DNA of 63,023 nt from Octopus bimaculoides (taxonomy: Eukaryota), in the NCBI RefSeq assembly GCF_001194135.2, contig NC_068989.1, positions 59,664,537 through 59,727,559 on the forward strand, read 5' to 3'. Below the pieces are notes generated by a model, which had not been told where the DNA came from, searched no databases, and was given only the letters and a program-made list of their open reading frames with translations. Positions 24,011 through 37,030 of this stretch are shown here, piece by piece. Within the stretch, counting starts at the first letter, position 1. Each line of letters begins with the position of its first letter. The position numbers were made by a program, and so were the translations under genes.

Positions 24011-25564
24011 ACATACTAAATGTTAGACTAGAATCTTATCTAGAGGAAGATTTTTCTCTCACCTGCTTAATGTTAAAAATTATTGTGTGCATGTGTGTTG
24101 ATACATGCACCATTTAGTTTTGTCTATTTTTTTCAAATGAAGGATCTACCATTCCACATCTTTCAAAGCACAGAGCCAGCAGATGTTTTGTTTTGGGGAA
24201 ATGACAGTATCCAACCTTATAGCACAGTAATTTTTGGAGAAATGAAAATGTAAGCAGATACAAATGCATGCAAGCACACATACATATTCGCAATGGTCTT
24301 TCAGTTTCCATACAAGACACTTGCCCAATGTGCCATGCAATGGGACTGAACCGAAGACCACGTGGTTTCAAAAGAAAATGCTTAACCACGCAGCTAGGAA
24401 TTTATACGTTTCTCTCAAGTTTTGAAATCATCTAAAGATTCCAAAACTCAAAGTACACTTCTAGTTTTGTAAATGCCATTATCTGATTAAACATGTATCT
24501 TCAGTCTGCTATATTATTGAGTACTTTACCTTACATCGAGGCTCTCCTAGTTTTTTAAGCGTGTACTTACAAACACGCAAACATGCATGCATACACTCAC
24601 AGACACCCACACACATATATAATAGAGAAAGCATGTGTGGCTCTAACTGTATAGAAGCAGAAGGAAACCTAACTAGGTGGAAACTCTATATTTTCAATAC
24701 TTATGACCTCAAAAGGTTTCAGTGCTAAACATGACTATGGTTGAAGTGCTTTCTTACACTTCAGCTCATATACAGGTTAAAAAAGGTGTTATCTTTTATT
24801 TTTACACTTGTTTGTCATTTGATAAGGGCCCCTTGAAGGGTTTAAATCCAATAAATTGGCCCCAAGAGTTATTTTTTTAAGCCTAGTACTTATTCTGTTT
24901 GTCTATTTTGCCGAACCACTACATTACAGGAAAATAAACACACCAACATCAACTAGCAAGCAGTGAAGCAGGGTGAAACACAGATACAAAGACATATATA
25001 TATATATATACTACCGCTCCGGCAGACACTCTAGCCNNNNNNNNNNATGGTTGAAGACACTTGCCCAAGGTGCTACGCAGTGGGACTGAACCTGGAACCA
25101 TGTGGTTGGGAAGCAACACAGCCACTCAACCATAATGTATCTTGGGCTATTTTATCCAGTGTACCTTTCCTTTTTGTAAGATGCTAGCATGTGCCTAGAG
25201 TGGCAGTTGGCAGTATTTTTCAAAGTAGGCCATGCAGCAGCTTCCAATGGTTTGTAAATATATATAAAATGATGAACTAAATTCACTACAAACTGCTGGC
25301 TCCTACAAATTGGACTTAATAAAGATGCAGTAACTGAGTCTTTGCAGTATCTTGTTTTCAAGTTCTAAATTTGTGACTGACTCCAAAATGGTTTTGCTGA
25401 ATTATGTAAAGACGTGTTAACCAATAACTCTAGAGATTCATGTTTCTGATAGAAACTATTTGTAACATTAAAGTATGTTTTTTTTTTCTTTTTGTTTAAA
25501 CCCAATATTTTAAAATTATTTTCAAAAGAAGACAAACTGAAACTCAGTATTGGTTGCTCTATTG

Positions 25565-25598
<34 letters not shown>

Positions 25599-26183
25599 TT
25601 GCTTTATTACCAAATATATACAATTCTAAAAAAAATATTCTGTTGACATAAAAGATTTATCATTTATGAAACTTTCTTCAAGTTTCTTGGATTATATACA
25701 AATGAAGATTCTAAATGAATACACTTCGTAACAACATGTATAGATGAATGGGTATGTGCATAATAGTCTTCACACAAATGAATCAAATCAGAGGAAAATT
25801 TAATAAGTTTCCAATATGATGAAATTTTTCCCTGCAAACTCTAAACCTTGCTCCATAATTTGAATTTTGATATGGATGATTTCGAATGGAGTTTATGTCC
25901 AGTTGCTGTAGAGATATCAAAAGGGTAACATTAACAGATGTAAACTTCCTTGTATTTCAATAACACTGCTACAAATATAAATCATTTACAAATGCAGGAT
26001 CTTCAACTAAAGACTTCGGCCATGATGCTGACATGTGAATTGGCTATTTACAAAGTAGTTGTTGCTGAGGTTTAGAGTAAAGAATATCAGTGGAGTTTTT
26101 AAAATGTTATAGTGATAAAGATCAAGTGTGATAACTGTAAGTGACAGAAATCAAAATAGTTCCTTGCATTCTTAACCAAATTC

Positions 26184-26291
26184 TTACATTCCTAGCATTT
26201 CTTTTACTTGATTTTCTTCTTCTTGTAATGACTCACTAGCATATTTCTCCATAAGCTCCATTTTCTTTCGCAGCACAAGAGCCTCTTCAAT
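26184..26291 (-). CDS. ISY1: ISY1 exon 11 (IEEALVLRKKMELMEKYASE...GM*)
   Basis: Conserved C-terminus with TAA stop; candidate minus-strand AATAAA at 25603-25608. Confidence 0.92.
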   Translation of the reverse strand: MEEALVLRKKMELMEKYASESLQEEENQVKEMLGM

Positions 26292-29200
26292 CTGAAATAA
26301 AAATACCAAGAGTTCTGTGTAATTTCATGTTAGCTATGAACTTATTTATTTACTGAACTAATCTGCTAAATAGGTCTTTTAGAATTTCATAAAGAATATG
26401 ACAATCCAATGTAGAATATGAAATTTAGAACTTTAGTGTAGAGTTTTTTTGTAATCTGTAGTTCTTCATTTAAAATCAGAGTAGAAAGAATTCTCAACAT
26501 TGAACTCAATCTAGCTCTGGCTATGATACAAGTTCTATGATACAAAGTCCTATGATGCACACTTCCTGTTTTAAAGTGATCTAAATTAAAACCGTCCTTC
26601 AAAATTTCATGTTAATTTAAGTTTCAAACACTAGTTTCATAATCAAAGATAGTTTATTAAATTCTTCATTATTTTCAAAATTAATTGAAATAATGGCAGT
26701 GCATTTCAACAGAAAGATGGTAATGAAATGCTTAATGTATAAATTTTTTTCTTGAAACAAATTTCTATGGCATAAGAGACATTATCTCCAATGATTTAAC
26801 ATAAATTTTCCTGATTGCCATGGGTTGGATGTTTTTTTCCAACATTTTTCTACTTGATGCAGTCAATCATCATCTCATTTACAAAATCTAACAACCATTT
26901 CTTGCTTCACTTCTCTCTACCTTAGGCATTTTCTACAAGTCAAGCAAGGCATTTTTTCATTGTCCAATCACATCATGTCACAACTAACACAACCCTGCAA
27001 ACATTGAATAATGCTTTTAATGCCCAACAATTCTACCAACTCGTTTTTCTCAATCCTTCACAGCTTTTCTCTTTCAAATGCTCAAATAGCATTGGAACTT
27101 TTTAAATGTGTTTCATGCAGTCTGCCTGTTAGAGAGAAAACTTCTATTACTATAACAGAAAAACTCTTTGTTGCTGTAAGATGCAACAGCTTTCTGAATT
27201 CTTTCCAAACTCTAGCTGTTCTAGGTAATTCACTACAATTACCTAGTAAATGTAACAGAGTAACAAAATATCAGTGGAATAATTATTCCAAAAATAAGAC
27301 TATAGAAGGTATGCTGAGTTAACAGAGTGTCACCATGTATTTAGGTAGCTAAAATTGTCATAAATTTGTTCAAAATTGCAATAGTTATGATTTAGTCTCA
27401 GCATTAAAACCATCCATCACTGGAACAAAACTACTCAGTCAACAGGAACATTAGAGAAGTGGCAAGTCATGCTTGACTAAGAATAACAGGGAGGGAGGAA
27501 AACCAATTCAAGTCATGTTTGACTAGATAAACAAAACCTTATTAAATCATGATATGTTGGCACTCCGTCGCTTATGATGTCGAGGGTTCCAGTTGATCCG
27601 ATCAACGGAACAGCCTGCTCGTGAAATTAACGTGCAAGTGGCTGAGCACTCCACAGACACGTGTACCCTTAACGTAGTTCTCGGGGATATTCAGCGTGAC
27701 ACAGTGTGACAAGGCTGGCCCTTTGAATTACAGGCACAACAGAAACAGGAATAAAGAGTGAGAGAAAGTTGTGGTGAAAGAGTACAGCAGGGTTCGCCAC
27801 CATCCCCTGCCAGGGGCCTCGTGGAGCTTTAGGTGTTTTTTCTCAATAAACACTCACAACGCCCGGTCTGGGAATCGAAACCGCGAGTCCGCTGCCCTAA
27901 CTACTGGGCCATTGCACCTCCACTAAATCATGATAATATTAATAACAAAAGGAAATGACAACTGTAGAATAGACACAAGTTTGTGTGTGCTTCAATGTAT
28001 CTGAGAATGTTAAAGTATTCTAGAATTTCTATGTTCTAACACATACTTTTCAAATAAACAATATAAAAAAAAAGATTATTTTATAACAAAATAAAAATTG
28101 TTAGAAATATATCTTTACTTCTTGTTGCGACGGCACCGGAACATGAGCAATAAAATGTTGACTTTCTTTCTCTGTTCCAGTATTTTCTTGTTCGTCATCA
28201 GAATCAGACTGTAAGATAAACATCTCTTTTAGTAATTTACTCATATTCACACATTGATTTGCTAATTCAAACAACACACAAGAATATAATGTTACTACAG
28301 TAACTGATGACACATTACTTCTGTATTAATTTAATTTATGTATCTGCTGCATAATATATTTCAATTGGTTCAATTTTTAAGTCTTCGGGGGTCAGATATC
28401 TACATAATTCCAGATTCCGTTTGAATGGATTACTCTGAAGATCAGAATAAAACATCAAAAAGCTCTAATTGGAAAAGTAATTTCAAGAATGACAGAAATT
28501 GCAAAACATATGATGCAAGAGGAGAAACCATAAACCATCATGGAATGAAGAATCACAAAACGATTATAAAAATTCAAGTGGAATTATCAAGCATTAATTA
28601 AATATCCAACATCTAATGTACACTTTGGCACAATATGGAATTGGTTTTACCCTTCTTTCTTTCTCATGTAACACTGAGCTTTCAAATACAATTCAGAGGA
28701 AAACAAATTCTCATAGGAACCACATGCACTCTGAAAGCTACATGCTATAGATGCAGATGTAGTAGTCAGAGGTTTCAAACTTCTAACTGCTCCAAACCAT
28801 TTTGGATCAGAATGGATGACTTAGAAGAAACTTTGTTTTAATACATTATGAAATATATGAAGTTATTGATGTATCCAGGCTGTATTTGCAAGGAACAACA
28901 GAAATAAACTATTTATACACAATAGAATATACTAAAGAAAGAAAACAGTAAATTAAACAACAAAAAGAAACAAAAATACAGACAGTAATAATGGATTTAA
29001 ATTTTGGCAGAAGGCCAGCAATTTGGGGGGATAGATTAAGTCAATTAAATTGACCCCAGTACTCCACTGGTATTTATTTTATTGTCCCCCAAAGGGATGA
29101 AAGGTAAAGTCAACCTCAGTAGCATTTGAACTCAGAACATAAAGAGCGAGAAATGCCGCAAAGCATTTTGTCCAATACAGCAGTGATTCTCCCAACTCGC

Positions 29201-32200
29201 TACTTTGATACACACAGTAATAATATATTAATCAAACTAAGGCAGAAACATTACTATGCTGGACAAAATGCTTAGCAGCATTTTTTCTGACTTTACATTC
29301 TAAGTTTGAATGCTGCCAACGTTGACTTTGCCTTCCATCCTTACGGGGTCGATAAAAATATGTACCAGTTGAGCACTGGGGCCAACGTAATCAACTTGCC
29401 CCCTCCCCCAAACTTGCTGGCCTTGTGCCAAAATTTGAAACCAAAATATAAATCAAACAGTTGATAATTCAAAATTATAAAATGTTTCCTCACATCTTCC
29501 TCTACAGCATAGATATTAGTATCACCATCTTCCTCATTATTTGACATTTCTTCACTTATTTCTCCTCTTAAAAATGCTTCTTTCTTCTCTTTCCATTCTT
29601 GTATCTTTTTCTCTACAGCTAAAATGAAAAACAATCAGATCACAGAACATCAAACAACAGAAATAATGACTACAATTTTCATATGTACTACTTTACAGTA
29701 TGACTTTCATCTTACTACATTCCAAGTTCACTTCTTCCCAAACTTCTGATAAAAGTAACTAAAGAGACAAAAAATTTCAAGTAATTGTGAAATAATGAAA
29801 CTGGTTCAATTCTCATTGCAGGCTACCAAAAAAACACCCCCTTGTGGACCTAATTTCACAATTGGATTCAATATGCATGCTATGCAGATTCATGAATTTA
29901 TTTATTCACAATCCATGCTTTATTACTCCCAAGTAATTAGTGTCAAACTATCAACTTTTGCACCATTATGCAACTGAGTTTGGTCCCAAGACTGATGTTT
30001 GTTTATATTTTAAGAGGGAAAGGGAGGTGAGAAAAATCTGATGATTTAACAATGAAATTGTTCAGTTCAATCTTCATTCCAAGCCATCAAAAAGGAATTC
30101 ATGGGCCTAATTTCACAATAATACTCAAATACTAAGGATATGACACTTGACTGCACACACACACATCCATTATCATCATTTTACATTTAATTTCTCCATC
30201 ATTGGTTAAGTTCTTTTGCAGCTTCTTGCCATATGCTGTGGTACTCTGTCATCTTCTTTACTAAGTTAACCTTCATGAGATCAGCTTTCACCAATCTTTA
30301 CAACTTCCTTGGTCTTCTTCTACACTTTCTTTCCACTTGGACTGCCATCCTTGCACACAGGATTTGACTCCAATTATACCCACTTTTTCTCAACCCATTT
30401 ATAGTCAGATGTTCCTGCACAATGCTATTACACATCCAGCAGAGCATGCTTCATTTTCTTTTTCTTTCCAGCCTTCACATATGTTACACATTCAAAGCCC
30501 ATACTTTGCCACCATACAACATCATACTTCATACTCATACGAGATGCACTTCATTCAGGGACAGAATCCCTTTGTTATCAGCAGACATAATAGCTCCTTG
30601 AACTTTTTCCACCCTAGTTTTTATTCTGGCTATTTTTGTTAATTAAGTGACCTACGTAGCAGAATCTATCAACTATTTCTGAAAACAAGCATTGAAAAGA
30701 GTAGGTGTTCTAACTGCTCACTAATTTTGCACATCATCTACAGTCTTTGTCAGTCTACTTGTAATCCCACTACATACAAAGCCACCACCTCTGAGATCCT
30801 ATGGCATCTCTTGTGCACTCATAATTTACATCATGTGATATTCTAACCAACTCTTCTCCTTTATGCAAATCAAACATAGCACTTCCCAGATAACATTAGT
30901 TTCCTTTTCTGATAAAAAAAAAAAAAAAAAACATTTGTTAAGTTTACTTTAAAACTTCATGATTCTAGGCCAGTGATTCTTAACCAGGAATGGTGGGGGC
31001 GTCAGTAATTTCCAAGGGTGGCATGAGCCCGTGAGAAAAAGCAGGAATTTCTCTACTTATATATTTGTTATTCTCTCAACGAGAGCATGGTCAAATAATG
31101 AGAAGTTTATGAAAAAATGGAAAAGTATTGCCTTATGCCTTTAGTTTTCTTATTCTATCACTTTAAATTTTTCATTAATCTCTTACCAAGTTTTTCTTGT
31201 TCACATTCTAAAGGAATCAGTACTCCATCATCATCATCTCTGTAGCCATAGTACACTGCATCAATATCTTTCATGAGATCTGCACGGGTCTTTCTAGGCT
31301 GTGATGGAGCTGTAAGAAAAAAGAATTACTGCTTCATCTGAAAGATTAGAATTTAACCCTTTTGCTACCATATTTCTGTCTGAAATACTGGGCCATTAGT
31401 TAATTTCAGTTAATTTGGAAAAAAATGAAGAATTTAATAAAATAGCTTTATCATTAGTAAGCTGGTGTTTAGAGTATAAATTAAATGGAAATTTTGATGG
31501 AAGATTTAAATATAGCTCAGTAGTTTTCCACCATTTTTTTGCCTATGGACCTTTTGACTACTATTTTATTCTGGTGGATCCTCATCACCACTCAAAGTTC
31601 AAAACTAATTTTAAAGATACTTCTTTCAAAATTCTTATTTTGTTTTCCATACATTAACCTTTAAACACTCAGATTGCTCTGTCAAATGTAATGCTTATTT
31701 ATTGACATTGTTTTGCATTAATCATATATCATCTTGTAGCTTCAAGATTGATGTAATATTTTTAGATTGACATTGTAGGGTAATTGTAAAAGGCCTGATC
31801 TGGCTGGTTTGGACATAAAACAGAGAGAATATTTTGGCTGGATATGGCCAGTTTAAATGCTAAAGGATTAACTTGTGTTGGTTGAACTATGTAACAAATA
31901 AGAGAAAGAAACCAAGCTATTTGTTGCAATAAATACATCCAAAGTAACACTTTTTCATGGACCCTTAAAATACTACTGTGGATCCTTAATTTACTATTTT
32001 GCTTGCATGAACCGCCAGGGGTCATACAGACTCCAGTTGAGAACCACTGATTTAAATCATTTTGACACAAGAAATCTATATCATAGTCTCAAACAGGTTG
32101 GTATCAAAAGAGTTACAGCTTGCCTAATTTTCATTACAACTTACGTTCTTGTTCAAAAAGTTCTCGCACACCAGGAAGTTCTTTTGCAGCTCCAAAATAC

Positions 32201-35200
32201 CTAGTAAAGATAAATAAATAAATAAATAAATAAACAAACAACAAATAAATACCTAACAGGAATAAATAAATAGTGTCTTTATGTCTTTTATGTCAGAAAT
32301 AGACCTCGATTGGAGTCAAACTATAACAAAAACTTTCTTTTGTCAATAACAACTGTAATTTTCTTTTTTTAATTACATTCCTTTAAATAATATTAGAGAT
32401 TTCAATAAAATAGCAAATACTTACTTATATCCTCTATTTCCAGGTACCTCTTTACCTTCATGATCCAACATCTTAGGACCAACTCTCTGAAAATTTAATT
32501 TGTTACAATGAATATCTTTCATTCCAAATATTTATTTCAAACATTAATATGAGAGATTTACCATTGATACATAAATATATATGAGGGTGTATGAAGTTTT
32601 ATATAAATATATATACAATCAAGGAGTAATAACTTTAAACTGCTTCTTGGAAAACACATGAACATTGCAAGTATGAAGTTGATCTTCATAAGAGATCACT
32701 ATTAAGCATTCAAATGAAACCCTTTTTAAAAGCTATCAATAAAATTCAGGATGTAACTTCATTTTTATATTTTTAAACATTTTATATTCATTTTGTTATT
32801 TAAGCATGAAGGCACATGGCCTAATGATTAGAGTATTAGGTTCACAGTCATAGGGTTGTGGGTTCAAATCTTGGACAGGGTAGCATGTTTGTACCCTTGA
32901 GCAAGGGCTATCATTTCATGTTGCACCAGCCTATTCAGCTGAAAATGAGCACAAGTGAACTGCTAGAAAGTTCCACTGAGTCGAGGAGAGAGAGCAGAAT
33001 GAATATCTGTGCCTGCTTACAAATAAATAGGTCCCTAAAACAATTAACTAAAGTGTGGTACCATCGACTAAATCATACCTGCCCATCAGTGTGACAGCTG
33101 AGGTTTTCAAGCTATTTTAGCATTCACCGAATGTCTTAGAATAAAGACATTTTCTATGATTTGCTTAATAAATGTTTTATAGGGAGATAATTTCTTAATT
33201 GTAAACATTCAAATTTCATGAAAGGTTGAATTAAACAAAATCATATAACCGATTAAGCTTAACTGCCCCACCACAAGTTTTTCTTCAAATTTAAGATGTA
33301 TAGAAATCTCGCTTTATGAGATGCTATCATATGTTAAATTCAAATTACGATGAACATAAACAAACAAACAAAGTTTGCTTTTAGAGGCGTTGAGATGTCT
33401 TAGAAAGTTAAAGAAGTGATTTTAAATTCTCAATCGCATGATAATGCTAATAATATAGCCTGAACAGGATAAACTACCCCTATTTTGCAGAAAAAAGTGT
33501 AGGCAACCAGTGGCAAAATAGAGGTAGTTTATCCTGTTCAGGCTATATTATTAGCATTATCCTGTGTTTGAGAATTTAAAATCACTTCTTTAACTTTCTA
33601 AGACATCTCAACGCTTCTAAAAGCAAACTTTGTTTGTTTGTTTACATTCATCGTAATTTGAATTTAAGATCATCTGACTTAATAGTCAAGCAATCAACAC
33701 ATCACAAACAAGAGTTTGAATTTGTCCTCTTTTGATTAAACAATCAAGTGTTTTAAGCCACTCAAATCTTGAGATAGATTTATTTTTTAAAACTATTATT
33801 ACAAAATATTTTGAATAACTATAACACCCTATATTTTAGAGTATTACCCTATATGTTACTCTTTATCTTAGATGAGAAGCTAATTTAATCAATCCCAATA
33901 ATATATTGTCTTTATGTCTCAATTACTTTACATGTTGGGATTGGTTACCAGACTCTCAGGAAATACTGCTCATTATAGACTAGCATCTTACCAGGAGAGG
34001 ATTATCTCATCTAAGAATCAGCCCATAAAGTCCTTCCAGACTTAGGAGATGCTAACAATTTACCAGAATGATATTTTGGTGTTTACTTTACTAACACCAA
34101 TAGGATGATAACCCAAGTCAACTTCACAACCATTTAAACTCACAATCAAGAGAAATGAAATTAAATGTAGTAAAATGCTTACATCGGTGCTCTTATGTTT
34201 TACCTATCTCCACTAACTTGCACTTTTAATATATTGATTTCTTACATCAGCACAAGGCCTCCAATTACAGGGAAGGGAATTCAATTATATTACCCCACTG
34301 TACTTGACTGGAAGGATGAAAAGCAGAGATCACTTTGGTAGAATTTGAGCTCAGAATCTGAAGAGCCAAAACAAAATACTGCAAGGCATCTTTGTCCAAC
34401 ATTCTAATGATTCCACCAATCTATAGCCTTTTCATAAACTATTAGAGTGTCCACTGGATATGCCGCATCACCATGCATAATAGTTTTCAATGGATATCAC
34501 ATGTCCCCATATATTACAGCTTCCATTAGCTATTTTGCATCAAGCCATTTCATGTCAACATGTTATATCAAAATTGTGATAATTACTCTTTTACTGGTTT
34601 CAGTCATTTGACTGCGACCATGCTGGAGCACCGCCTTTAGTCGAGCAAATCAACCCCAGGACTTATTCATTGGAAGCCTAGTACTTATTCTATCGGTCTC
34701 TTTTGCCGAACTGCTAAGTTACGGGGACGTAAACACACCACCATCGGTTGTCAAGCGATGGTGGGGGGACAAACACAGACACACAAACACACATATATAC
34801 AACGGGCTTCTTCCAGTTTCCGTCTACCAAATCCACTCACAAGGCTTTGGTCGGCCCGAGGCTATAGTAGAAGACACTTGCCCAAGGTGCCATGCAGTGG
34901 GACTGAACCCGGAACCATGTGGTTGGTAAGCAAGCTACTTACCACACAGCCACTCCTGCGCCTATTATTTAAATATTTCCATATAACTATGTTACTTTAA
35001 TATTAAGTATCTAAATATTTGCAAAGCTACTCACCTTGTAATCAGGACCTCCAAGTTCTTTAATCCGATCCTCCCAATGGCCTTTCTCCCGCAGCAGTTT
35101 ATTGATTTCATCATTAACATCACGCAGTTTAAACTCTCCCAGACCAGCTGAAAAAAGTAAACAACAAAACTTCCTTAGAGAGTTCTTAGAAAGGAAGAAT

Positions 35201-36206
35201 TATTCAATAAATACTTGACATTTTGACATTAATCTTTCTTCATTTCTATTTAATCTGCTGCTGTTGTGGTTTAGACTCCAAATCAACTCTGATTTAGCAT
35301 TCTAGTATGACTATCCTCTTTTTACCTGATGAAATTTCTGAAGAGACAATAATTATAGTTAGATTGTCACTGCTTCCTTCCCTTTTTATGACAGTAGAGT
35401 ATGACCTGTTATTTCTAGCAGCTTAGGTTACCATGTAGAGGATTCCTCATTGATGATATCTACTGCTGTTATAAAACAAGAAACATAAACTAAGATATAA
35501 TGTCTTCCATTGTTACAGTATTACACAATAGAGGCATCAAAGATGTCCTACAGATTTTTCAAGTGTTTTCTTCAAGAAGGATTTAAGCTTAGTTCAAGCT
35601 AACAAAGCATTTGTCATTAAACAAACAATACTACATTACCTAAAGTGATATGTTAAACTTCTCAATGATACATAGCTACATTTAAATGGACTGAAACCAT
35701 TCGGCCTGCAGCCAGAAGATCAACAGTGACTGGTTTTAATATTTTCAACTTACAAAAATACTACAAAGCTCTAAGCTTCATTTATATCCAAGCAGACTTG
35801 ACCAGGTCACACAACTGTAATAATTATAAACCAATGAGGAAAAGGGCTCGGCTCTACACTCAGCCTGCAAAAAATAGCAACCAATCTCCCTTAAAGTGAT
35901 ATCCTACCAACTTGGAGTGAAAGGACTCGTCGGATAATGTAATTCTGAGGGAAAACGACAGGTAGGGCCTGACTGAAAAGCTTTTGATTGTATTCTTTTA
36001 CTTGTTTCAGTCATTTGACTGTGGCCATGCTGGAGCACCGCCTTTAGTCGAGCAAATCAACCCCAGGACTTATTCTTTGTAAGCCTAGTACTTATTCTAT
36101 CGGTCTCATTGCCGAACCGCTAAGTTACGGGGACGTAAACACACCAGCATCGGTTGTCAAGCGATGTTGGAGGGGACAAACACAGACACACAAACAACAC
36201 ACACAT

Positions 36207-36239
<33 letters not shown>

Positions 36240-36986
36240 CGACGGGCTTCTTTCAGTTTCCGTCTACCAAATCCACTCACAAGGCTTTGGTCGGCCCGAG
36301 GCTATAGTAGAAGACACTTGTCCAAGGTGCCACGCAGTGGGAATGAACCCGGAACCATGTGGTTGGTAAGCAAGCTACTTACCACACAGCCACTCCTGCA
36401 CCTATACTGTACTTTATAGTTTATCAAGGGATAAATAACAACAATAAATAATAACAGAACTTAAACAGAAATGAAATGGAACAAAATATTTTATAGTTTA
36501 CCATTCTGAATTTGTGCCACTTTGCGGGAAATTTCTCCAATAATTTGACGTCTCCATTTTTCAGCCTTTGGTAAGTCAGAACATTCAGAAGATAAATATG
36601 GCCGACGCTCCTGATATTTTAAAAGAGGATTATGAATTACTAAATACACGCACAAAACACCCACAAATATATAGGTTAGGGATTTTTTTTTTATGACATT
36701 AATTTGGAACTAGCAATTAAGTATCACTGATTCTGCTCAAAATCCATACAGGGTGAAGTGAGACAGTTTGATACAGAAAATCCTTTTTTTTTTTTTATTC
36801 TGCATTACAACTGATTTTTAATAATTGGACATACACCACAGCAGAAATTTATACAAAGTATGGAGATGTTCACAATTACCAAATCAAAAAGATATATTTA
36901 TTGACATATCAGTAAAAATAATCTCTACATTTACAAACAATACGGATTTGTCGTTAGGAGATAACTCTGTTTTAGAAATTTCATTT

Positions 36987-37030
<44 letters not shown>

